From Octopus vulgaris (lineage: Eukaryota): a stretch of 64,000 nucleotides of DNA. Position numbers and translations under genes: made by a program. The stretch covers positions 29,636,001 to 29,700,000 of the forward strand of contig OX597821.1 of assembly GCA_951406725.2 (NCBI GenBank). The letters are read 5' to 3'. The notes under the pieces are model-generated. The model searched no databases, was not told where the DNA came from, and was given only the letters and a program-made list of their open reading frames with translations. Shown here piece by piece: positions 52,695-64,000 of this stretch. The first letter of the stretch is position 1, and each line of letters starts with the position of its first letter.

Positions 52695-52877
52695 GGCCAG
52701 ATAACCGAAGAGATGGTGTTGTGGATTTCCACCTTGGCATCCGAAACTCGGAGTTTTATCTTGGCTATTGAATGATTGCCACATATTATTTTACAGATAA
52801 ATTTCCTCTATTTACATAATATTGAGCTCTCTTTCTTTTGTTATCTTACCGTTTTTACCAATATATATATGCGTGTG

Positions 52878-52910
<33 letters not shown>

Positions 52911-53488
52911 ATATAACGATAGATAGATAGATAGATAGATATTACTACAATACAATAGTATTATTTTCAGTACAATAGTATTATTTTTACAGCGAAATAA
53001 AGCACCGTAAAGGGAGAATCATAAATAGGAAATAGTTGCACAAGGTACTAATTTTTGCTGGAAATAGCAGTCGATAATCGTTCGGCGCTAGGTAAAGCTT
53101 CACTGAATGTATAGAGGCAAAGATGTGCGCGGGCGGCTAGCAGGCAGAAACGTTCGCAAAATGCTTAGCGGTATTTCGTCTGCCGTTACATTCTGAGTTC
53201 AAATTCCGCCGAGGTCGACTTTGCCTTTCATCCTTTCGGGGTCGATAAATTAAGCACCAGTTACGCACTGGGGTCGATGTAATCGACTTAAATCGTTTGT
53301 CTGTCCTTGTTTGTCCTCTCTATGTTTTAGCCCCTTGTGGGTAGTAAAAAAAATATATATATATATATATTGCTTTGATTAGTAAAGAACCCTGCGCATT
53401 CTTGTGGCCAGGTCCGAATTTATACTTAATCACCATTCTATATTGTTAATCCTTAGTTGTGCATTAGTTATATTGGGTTTTACACGGA

Positions 53489-53524
<36 letters not shown>

Positions 53525-53735
53525 AGACAAAGTAAAAATAATGGACATTACAATTTTTTCTTTGTTGCAGTGAATTTGACGTTTTACAGTTGTTTCTGGT
53601 TGTTATTATAGGTTCATTATCGATAGGTTTACTCAATCGGACCATTGATCGGTTGAGAAAAATTGATCGACCTAAATAGTGAATGCTACTTTCGTCAGAG
53701 TTATGTGAGTGTATATATATATATATATATATAAT

Positions 53736-53778
<43 letters not shown>

Positions 53779-54505
53779 GGCAGTATATCCAAACTTACAG
53801 GGAAAAATTAGTTGCCTAATAGCGGTTTTATCTCTAATTTATATATATATATATTATATATATATATATATATTCGTATGTATACACACGTACACATACG
53901 CACACACACACATACACACATACATATATGAGAGAAAGTGTGAGAGAGAAGGAAAGAAAAAAAGAAAGCCCAAAAAGATAGAAAGATAGAAAGATAGAAA
54001 GAATGAAAAGAAGAAAGAAAGAAAGAACAGAGAAAGGTATGGAATGCTGTGATGTTCATACATCTCCTAAAGCTACCTGCAATGTGAGTTAAGTGAAATT
54101 TCGTCAGCCCGGAATCAAAAAGCGCCTCATAGGAACGACCCCCCTTAGGGAGTATTATTTCTTACTCTGACGCCCTCCCCCATTCGGTAAATACGAGTGA
54201 CACCAAGTTTTATGGATCTTGGGAGGGCATGAGACTTAAAATTGAACTGGCTACCTAAATACCATAATAAAAGTAGGTCGGCTCCTTTCAGTCTCTAGCA
54301 ATAACACTACGACGACTAACATCGCTGCCACCGGCACCATTAATTCTAGCACCGCCATCTCGCTACCACCACTACCACTACCACCACCACCACTACCACC
54401 ACCACCATCACCACTACCACCACCGTCACCGGTGCTGCCAAAAGATAATGATAATGATTTCAAATTTTGGCACAAGGCCAGCAAGTTCGGAAGAGAGAGT
54501 AAGGT

Positions 54506-54756
54506 CATCACCATCATTGTTCGACCGTGGTCGAGACAATGGAATTTACTATGCTACGCCAGACTTCACGGTCCATCATGGCATTACGGAGGTCCTGTTG
54601 CTTGATGCCTGTATCCCTGGAGATTACACCAGGGTAGGAGAGTGTGCGCCCTCTGGCATTGCGAGTAGATGGCTTCCAGAGAAGGAGAGTAGAAATTACC
54701 TCTTTTTCAGCTCTACAACAATGTCCAGCAAACTGGGCTCTCCTACCTTTCACAAG
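54506..54756 (-). pseudogene. RTE LINE 3' fragment (ORF C-terminus) with 7-bp TSD, inserted in an old Nin-SINE (54455-54930)
   Basis: RRAQFAGHCCR..LLLWKP..RGR..DLRNAMMDREVWR is a typical RTE C-terminus. tgatggtgatga tail; gtaaggt at 54499-54505 and 54757-54763. Confidence 0.88.
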
Positions 54757-54930
54757 GTAAGGTGATTACATCGACTTTAGTGTTCAGCAGGTACATATTA
54801 TATCGACCCCGATAGGATGAACGGCAAGGTCAACCTCAGAGGAATTTGATCTCAGAATGTGAAGCCAGAAGAAATACTGCTAAGCATTTTGTCCGGCAAA
54901 CTAAAGATTCTGTCCGTTCACCAGCCTTAC

Positions 54931-54961
<31 letters not shown>

Positions 54962-54962
54962 G

Positions 54963-55018
<56 letters not shown>

Positions 55019-55439
55019 GTACACACACACACACACACACACATACACAAACTCTCTTTTGTATATATGGAACACGAGGAATTATTCATCTATGGAAGAA
55101 AAAGAAAGACATTATGTATAATGTATTGTTTGAGTACGTTCGTAAAGTTTTGATAAATCTTAATACGGTGATTTGAAAACAAATATAAAAACACTTTACT
55201 TTTCACTTGATAAGCATCTGTTATTGGACATATTGTAAAAGTTTTGACTGAGCATACGATATGCGTTAAGTGATAGGAAGAAATGAAAGAAAGTGTTAAA
55301 ATTTCTTCTCTCTCGTTCTGTCCCTGGCTGTTGTTCTCTCTGTCTGTCTCTCACATACCCTGTGTGTCTATATTTTCCTGTCTCCTCCCCTTCCCTGATA
55401 TCAGCCACCCTCATTATACCACATTTCCTTTAACGTAAC

Positions 55440-55640
55440 ACTTTTGTACCCCTCTCATTTTACCATGTAATAGCCCCATCCCCGTAGTCGGTCCATTATT
55501 GATTTTTATTGAAATCCAATTAGCCTATAATTGAACTGGATGTTAGTTCAACATGTATACAAAGTTTGTTGAAAATTGATTCGCTGCTTTCGGCAGCTAG
55601 GGTGTAACAGACAGACAGAAATTGTCATTTATATATATAG
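55440..55640 (-). mobile_element. Helitron-type non-autonomous element 5' part
   Basis: Minus strand starts ctatatatataaatgacaatttctgtctgtctgtt..ttcaacaaactttgtatacatgtt, the same architecture as the 57834 element. Confidence 0.5.
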
Positions 55641-56458
55641 GTGTATGTTAGTAAGATAATCGGTGCGCTACGCTATGAATCTAGTAGTGAAAATCGATGC
55701 AGAAATGGAAACAAATAACTGATAGATAAATCATCAAAGAAATCCTCTATCATCAGCCATTGTCTCCCGAGTTCGCGTAGTTTCGGCGCTTTTCAAGTCG
55801 AAGGACTTGAAAAAGAAAGACACTATGTATAATGTATTGTTTGAGTACGTTCGTAAAGTTTTGATAAATTCTAATACGGTCAAGTCCATGAAACTACTCC
55901 TTCAGTTGCGTCAGTAATAGTTCATTTCTCAGACGTGAGGGGGTGTTACAAAGACACTTCAGTGTTATCTATCAAAGGCGTAGTCAGAGAAATAGTACAA
56001 CAGACTTTTAAATACTTGACTTTTAGACGCATTGAAACTTGGAAGATTCTGGCTGATGAGAGGATGATGATTTATCTGACCGAATCTTCGAAGTCACACT
56101 AAACAACATTCTTATATATATATATATATATATATATAATTATTATTTGAGGGAATAAAATCCAGACTTAAAAGGAAAAAGAATTCAATTTAGAAATACT
56201 AAATTAAATTTTGTTTTTCTACCTATTATATACATTATATTATTTTTGTAACTTACTTAATCTTTACTTTTTATTGTTATTTGAATTTTAACTTTTCTAT
56301 TATATGTAATTTTCTAGATGGTGTAATTTAATTATTCATTTTGAATTGATAAAAGGTGTTTTTTTTTCTAATATTTTATATATATGGCGGTACCCCAGCA
56401 TGGCCACAGCTCGTGAGCTGAAACTAGATAAAATAAAATAAATAAATAAAAATAAAAG

Positions 56459-56536
<78 letters not shown>

Positions 56537-57016
56537 ACATACATATGTGTATATGTATGTGGTGGCGGCTGGACATATGCTAGCTTTCCTGACAGTATCG
56601 GGCCGCTAGTGGGGTTGAGAACAGTTTTGTTGAATGGCTTGTTTGTTTGGTTTATTTAGAAGAATGTCCTTGTCGAGTTTTTCAAGGAGCCTGTTTACGC
56701 TTCAAGCTGTTGTTTTTGTGTTTTTGGATGATATATATATATATACGTATATGGTATGTGCAAGTGAAGTATATTGCAGTTTAAATAAGCTATCTGCTCC
56801 AATTAGTTCAATACCTCTTCGACACATAGCGAACAGTATTTTTTAAGAATGAAAATGTGTTTTATTAAGTGTAAGGTCGTGTAAGGTCCAATATTTCAGA
56901 TAAAGTACAAGACATTATAGCATTATATATAGAACATGAATGAATAACATAGTTGTTCTGAATTGTTCTTTACAATAAAAATATTGAAAAATGAAGAATT
57001 TAGAACGTCAAGATTT

Positions 57017-57072
57017 TACGTTTACGATTGTTTACGATTGTTTACGTTTACGATTTTACTTTTACGATTGTT
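57017..57072. repeat. Short (tttacgattg)-type tandem repeat
   Basis: Direct reading. Confidence 0.8.
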
Positions 57073-57833
57073 TTAAGCGGAAGTGTACAAGAAGTTTCTT
57101 TTAATGTTTAAAGTATAAGTTTTTATGCAAATAGCTTAGATCTTAATTTAAATAACTAAATTAAGTACATTTTTCTTTCTTTCTTTTCTGCTTGATAAAT
57201 CTTCAAAGAAAATGAAATTGAATATTGATAAAATTATTAAAAGCCAAATTGCCGTTCTTCTTGAAGCAAGTACTCTATATTCTCTGAAATTCACATTCTG
57301 CTGACAAAGAAAATCTCAGTTCCCCTGCTGAGCTTAAGGAAATAAGTCTACAGATCCAGAAACGTAATTCTACTCCAAAGAAAAAATGTCTGGCAACTTG
57401 TACTTATGACAGAAGACTGAAATTCTTAGTTCTTCAGAGAAGAACGAAAAGCTTGCAGCTATCGTGAAGTGGGTCTAGATTTGCCCAGAAAATTGCTTCC
57501 AGAAGGATCAATTTCAACAAGTTTGAAACGAAGCTAGTTTTGGCTATAAAATATATGCTAGGAGGTCTCTGATAACAATACATAATAATTAAACAATAAA
57601 TAGAAAAAATAAATAAATAGAATAAATTATATAAAAATGGATTACACATTTTAGTCAAGATTGTTGACTGCAATCCAGTTTGGCTTCAGGATGTTCTTCG
57701 AGAAAGATGGTTCAAGATTTTAGCTTTGTAGTTATATCCCTGATTGCTGCATTCACGGCACCGGTGAAAGAGTTCAGCTTGAGCATTATCAGTTACTGTG
57801 AACTAAAATGCTGTCAATTTCTTCCTTGGAACA

Positions 57834-58203
57834 TCTCTCTATATATATAAACGGCAAAATGTCTGTGTGTGTGTGTCCTTTATACAAATCCACAATTTTT
57901 CAGTTAGAGGACTCATACTTTCTATGGTCATTCAAAACCGTCCAAGGGTGGTCGTGCATATCTTTACATTTCCCCAGTCATCCCGCAAAGCCATTAAAAG
58001 AATCAATAGAAGTGACTTTTTTGTGAATTTTCTATCCAAAACCCAATCAAAATGCCCGAAACTTGATACGCCAATTGAATGCCGGCTAGCTGTATGTGAT
58101 TGGTCGGAGACTTGTGACAGTACTGGCATGTATGTGCGCACGCACGCAGCTGTATATGCATGCACTAGCACTATGACCCGGCGTTGCCAGATCATAGTGC
58201 GAG
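57834..58203 (+). mobile_element. Complete non-autonomous Helitron (~370 bp)
   Basis: A|TC 5' end (tctctctatatatataaacggcaaaatgtctgtgtgtg). 3' hairpin gcactatga..tcatagtgc ending CGAG|T (CTAG variant). Inserted between A and T with no TSD. Confidence 0.75.
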
Positions 58204-58547
58204 TCTAAATTATAAGCAGTCAGTTTACTGCGCTGGAATACCTAAAACAATCACAGAGAAAAATAGTTTCTTAACTGTAAAACTTATTTCCTGGATTGGT
58301 GAAAAAGTTAACCATTGAACAAAACGGTGTTACTGTGTATATGGCAAAAGCAAGAAAAATTGCAAAAGAAGATTCACTGGAAATTATGGTCTCGTCATGT
58401 CGCAGTCCCGGTTCCAATTCCATAAAGACTTCTCCTTTCATCCTTCGAGGTCGATGAAAAAAGTCTCAGTTGAGTACTGGAGTCGATATTATTGACTATT
58501 CCCCTTCCACGAAATTTCAGGCCTTGTGCCTATAGTTGAAAGGATTA

Positions 58548-58552
58548 CTATA

Positions 58553-58641
<89 letters not shown>
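58548..58641. repeat. (ATT)n microsatellite
   Basis: Direct reading; (AAT)n also at 54934-55017 and 53731-53777. Confidence 0.97.
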
Positions 58642-58642
58642 C

Positions 58643-59025
58643 AAAGGCGGCGAGCTGGCAGAAACGTTAGTGCACCGGGCGAAATGCTTAGCGTTATTTC
58701 GTCTGCTGCTACGTTCTGAGTTCAAATTCCGCCGAGGTCGACTTTGCCTTTCATCCTTTCGGGGTCGATTAAATAAGTACCAGTTACGCACTGGGGCTCG
58801 ATATAATTCGACTTAATACCTATGTCTGTCCTTGTTTGTCCTCTCTGTGTTTAGCCCCTTGTGGGTAGTAAAGAAATAGGTATTTCGTCTGTCTTTGTGT
58901 TCTGAGTTCAAATTCCGCCGAGGTCGACTTTGCCTTTCATCCTTTCGGGGTCGATAAATTAAGTACCAGTGAAAAACTGAGGTCAATGTAACCGACTAGT
59001 CTCCTACCCCGACATTTCGGGCCTA
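58643..59025 (+). mobile_element. Nin-SINE dimer: young unit plus a unit with the older tail
   Basis: Junction aagaaatag|gtatttcgtctg at ~58871-58891; the second unit ends ..ccccgacatttcgggcct. Confidence 0.9.
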
Positions 59026-59684
59026 TTTTTGTTATTATTATCATCATTTTGGCTCAGGGGCATACACCATAGACACATGTAATGTACCACTTAATGCAAA
59101 TGCTGAGAGAATCGAAGTAACTTAATATCCGACAAGACTGGACCTTTGAATTATTTGTACAACCCACCCGAGGGGCTTTCAAGCAGTTTACAACTACCCA
59201 TCAATTAAAATTCTTTGGTCGAGACGAGGCTATAACGATAGAGAATTGCCCAAGATCTAACGTAGTTGGGTCGAACCCAAGACCGTATCATTGCGAGACG
59301 AATTTCTTATTCATGCGATCAGGATATTACACGTTGAACAAACTTGTACTGTTTTCATGTGGTAATATGGCTACATCCCCCACGACACACACACACATAC
59401 ACATACATAACTAAAAGCAAATCAAAGATAGAGCCTGTATGTGGCACTTTGACTTGCTAGGTACATAATATAAAATTGTCCGGTGTTCAACCATTAAGCA
59501 ATAAAAAATTCGCTTTATGGCAACAAAATGATATTAGCTTTGAATGGGTGTTTAAAATAGAAATCCTATGTAAAAATATTTTTTTCCTATTTTCCGATAT
59601 ACAAAGGTCACAGCCATCGTTACCTTTATTATAACGTTTAGCACGTACTAATATTTTACATTAATACAAAATATGTTAAAGAGA

Positions 59685-60215
59685 ACTGCAGTGTGGTTTA
59701 CACTGTGATGACAGGCACACTATAGATACTCAGACACACAATGAATGCTCAGAATTTAGCAATTTTCAGGAAAAAATCTTGAGATATATATAGACTTACT
59801 TCAAATCATTATTGTTTACACACACTTCCACAAAGTTAATTTCTTAGATACTACCTTAAATTTAGAAACCGATAAATACTACCCGTATAGGCAGCCAAAT
59901 GGAAAGTTATAGCCCATAAATATTGCTTCAAATCATACAGCTGTCTTCCAAATAATTTGTGAAAAATGTTAACATATAGTTATTAAGTATTTAATTTGCT
60001 GTATCTAACTTCAATAAAGCAGTTCCTTGTTATGATGAAGCGTTTAAACGCAATGGTTTTTAAGGATAAGATTAATTACATAAATATTAATACCATTACG
60101 GAAAACAGAAAGCGTAAAATTATACATTTTAATACTCTGCTCTCTCTCTCCAAATACAAATATTGCGGAAATTATTTGATAAATATTTTCCAAAATATTA
60201 TTGATATTTTAACAG
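59685..60215 (+). pseudogene. Degenerate Penelope-like element reverse transcriptase
   Basis: Collinear peptides CGLHCDD (cf. GLYRDD), KVNFLDTTLNLETDKYYPYRQPN..INIASNH and RKRKIIHFN (cf. RKRNIIWFNPP), with stops and frameshifts. Confidence 0.75.
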
Positions 60216-60307
60216 GAATAATGTTAAATTAAATGACAATAACACACACACACATCCACACATACACACGCACATACAACACACACACACATGGGCGTGC
60301 GCACGCA

Positions 60308-60396
<89 letters not shown>

Positions 60397-60719
60397 GTAT
60401 ATGTATATGTATGTATGCATGTATCCATCTATCTATCTGTGCGTTTATGTGTATGTGTGTGTATGTCCATGTGTGTATGTGTGTGTGTATGTGTGTGTGT
60501 GTGTGTGCGTGTGTGTGTAATGTTGCTACTTCAGTAGCACGTATTAACTGTAAAATATCATAAACAGCTATCTACATCCAATACTTCCCGCGTGTGCAAT
60601 TGTTGTAACCCCGTAAATTGTCCATTAAAGAATTTATGTCTATCGAAATCGTTAGTTTACGAGCAAAAGTATTTACAGCAAATGGTTCAGTTTCTAAGAT
60701 TAATTATATAATAATGATT

Positions 60720-60860
60720 GTGGTGTGGGGGTAGGGGTAGGGGTGGGTGGTGGCAGTGGTAGTAGTGTGGTGGTGGTGGTGGTGGTAGGTGATGACTAGA
60801 GGTGGTGGCGGCGATGGTAGAGATGATGATGATGATGGTGATAGTGGTGGTGGCAGTTGG

Positions 60861-60891
<31 letters not shown>

Positions 60892-61155
60892 GATATGATA
60901 TTGATGATGATAACGATGGTGGTGATGATGAGAGTGGTGACAGTGGTTGTTGTAGTGGTGGTTGTGGTGATGATGATGATGATGATGAAAATGAGGATTA
61001 CGACGATAGCAGGGTGACGGTAGTAGGGAGGATAGTGATGTTAGTGGTGGTGGTGGTGAAGATGATGCTGATTATGATGTAGGAGACGATGACGATGATG
61101 ACGACGATCATGATGATGATAATCATGATGATGATGGCGACGTTGACGATAATAA
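60720..61155. repeat. (GGT)n/(GAT)n compound trinucleotide array
   Basis: Direct reading. Confidence 0.93.
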
Positions 61156-61619
61156 TAATTCTCAAAACAAGACAAAAAAATAAATTAAAACGTAAAATCG
61201 TTTTGGTTTAATATTTTAATGTTCCGTTTAGCCTTAATGGGAGCAGAAATAACGTTTAAAACATTTCTTTTAAGTTATTAAATATTTTCTAAAAAGAAAA
61301 AATATTTAATTATAGATTTTGTATGATGTTTTTTTTTTTGTTTTTTTTTCAGTTGGAACAATGTTGAAATACACTTCAGTTGTACTACACATATACAATT
61401 TTACTGCACAAATAAGTAAACATCTAATAACAATAAACTTAAGACAGTTCTGTACATCTAATTACTTTTCATTCGTACAATTGTTTTAACCTGCAAGTTG
61501 CTTATCAATTCAGCAGTACCCTAAACTTTTTTGCACTCTGGGCCTCTTTCATGCAAGTCAGTTTTTTCCCTGAACCTCGTGATTACACGCATAACAAGAC
61601 ACAATAAATATCTTTTTAT

Positions 61620-61822
61620 CCTTTACTTGTTTCAGTCATTTGATTGCAGCCAGACTGGAGCACCACCTTGAAGGGATTTAGTCGAACAAATCGCTCCCAG
61701 GACTTACGTTTTTAGGCCCGGTACTCATTCTGTCAGTATCCTTTCCCGAACCGCTAAGTTACGTGTACGTAAACACACCAGCACCGGTTGGCAAGCGGTG
61801 GGGGAGTAAAAAAACAGACACG
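61620..61822 (-). mobile_element. 5'-truncated SINE family A
   Basis: Tail half only, ending in (CA)n. Confidence 0.8.
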
Positions 61823-61905
61823 CACACACACACACACACACATACACACACATATACATACATATATATACACACACATCACACACATATATATGCATAC
61901 ATTCA

Positions 61906-61939
<34 letters not shown>

Positions 61940-62699
61940 CATACATACATACATACATACATGCATACATACATACATACATACATATATATATATATAT
62001 ATTGTTTTGTCACCTTACGATTGCAGTCACGCATAAAATGAGAGCTTCGAAATCCTATTTTCTGACTGGATAAAAATGATCAAACTTCAGACTTACGTAA
62101 CTTTAAAAAAGAAAAAAAATTCTGGAACAAGTGAATTAGCCTCCGAGATTCAGCGTGAAAAATTACATCAATACACCAAATTAGAAAATTTTCATTTAAT
62201 CTTAGAATTTCAAAATGTGCAGCCAAACAGGAAAAAATCTCCGATGCGTTGTGTTATGCAAGAGATTCTTGTGTCGATATTCGGTGTCTGTGAAAGAAAA
62301 TTCACCGAAATGTCAGAACAGACAGACTGACAGATGGGCAAACGGACAGAAAGTAATCGAAAAGAAGGAAAGAAAGAAAAGGGAAAGGAAAGTGAAAGAT
62401 GAGGCGTGCAGAAGAAGTAGAAGGTATGTAGATTTCTTGATATATATACGTAAGTAGATATACCAGTTTGGATGGCTACCTGATAGGAAACTAAAGGCAG
62501 AATATAAACACACAGGTTCACAAAGTTGTATGTGTACAAGAAATACACATACATATACGAATTTACATATGTATATACATATACAGACATATATAACTAC
62601 ACGCTGACTTACATTCACACACACACACATACATATACAAACGTAATACCTACACACACACACATAGCTATATATATATATTTTTATATATACTCTTTG

Positions 62700-63195
<496 letters not shown>

Positions 63196-63232
63196 ATACA
63201 TATATATATATCTAAACACACACACACACAAA

Positions 63233-63375
<143 letters not shown>

Positions 63376-63445
63376 GCATTGCCAGCGTTTGCAATCAAGA
63401 TTGACTTGATGTCAGCATGTTCCAAGCTTACGCTAATTCTTTCAG

Positions 63446-63550
63446 GTGCCCGTGTACTCACTATCTTGCCCTTGACTCAGCAAAATTTCGAGGATGTAAT
63501 ATTTGGAGGCGGGTGAGGCCTGCGCTAGCACCCGTCTGGTATTTCGTTCT
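63446..63550. other. Candidate small exon, strand ambiguous
   Basis: Plus strand: gctaattctttcag|63446-63512|gtgagg (ARVLTILPLTQQNFEDVIFGG). Minus strand: cctcttttttggtgtctag|63550-63462|gtgagt (ERNTRRVLAQASPASKYYILEILLSQGQD). Confidence 0.3.
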
Positions 63551-63713
63551 CTAGACACCAAAAAAGAGGAAAGGCAATGTCACAGAGAGCTGGAACGAAT
63601 ATCGCACTGAATTCTATCCGACTCTCTGACAACATAACTGGCAACCGAATAAAGATAAGCGTACTCTTTCTCACCCCTGTCTCTATTTCTCGCTCTAACT
63701 GTATGTGTGTATG

Positions 63714-63748
<35 letters not shown>

Positions 63749-63807
63749 GCTAATGTATAAAGAGAGAAAGGAAAAGGTGGGAGAAAGACAGGACTAGAAA
63801 ATTCTAT

Positions 63808-63870
<63 letters not shown>

Positions 63871-63935
63871 CATGTTCAGATAGTAAGCCACATAGATATA
63901 TGGCGTGATAGATGAATAAAACGTAATATATATAC

Positions 63936-64000
<65 letters not shown>

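Noticed and set aside
56041-56095. Hammerhead at CTGATGAgaggat..atcttcGAAg
   Set aside because: GAAA and helix III are missing, and an alternative hairpin gaagattc/gaatcttc explains the pairing.
58280-58380. Pogo/Tigger HTH relic (ISWIGEK..AKARKIAKE)
   Set aside because: Too short and needs frameshifts; cannot be supported by eye.

Overview
AT-rich, microsatellite-saturated eukaryotic DNA, probably intronic/intergenic sequence from an octopus or related coleoid cephalopod. That assignment is inferred from the SINE families and repeat landscape, not from a search. No intact protein-coding gene is visible. Nearly all listed ORFs are translations of (TA)n, (CA)n or (TACA)n repeats, or of SINEs. 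The window is a mosaic of: at least four tRNA-derived SINE families (one with a Nin/Deu-type core); 3' fragments of CR1/L2-like and RTE LINEs; an RTE-like 5' UTR; a Penelope RT relic; a ~410-bp GG-terminal MITE family with 8-9 bp TSDs (Merlin-like) plus a 95-bp hairpin relative; Helitron-type non-autonomous elements; and several minisatellites. A few weak candidate host exons are present (327-419 +, ~31703 -, ~63446-63550). The most interesting patterns read by eye are: (i) several Penelope-type minimal hammerhead ribozyme motifs, one with a core variant shared by two copies; (ii) Nin-SINE head-to-tail dimers joined at the same junction at four loci; (iii) three insertions of unrelated classes flanked by 58-92 bp direct duplications; (iv) LINE tails inside the same internal microsatellite of one SINE family; (v) several long fold-back structures that could form dsRNA.
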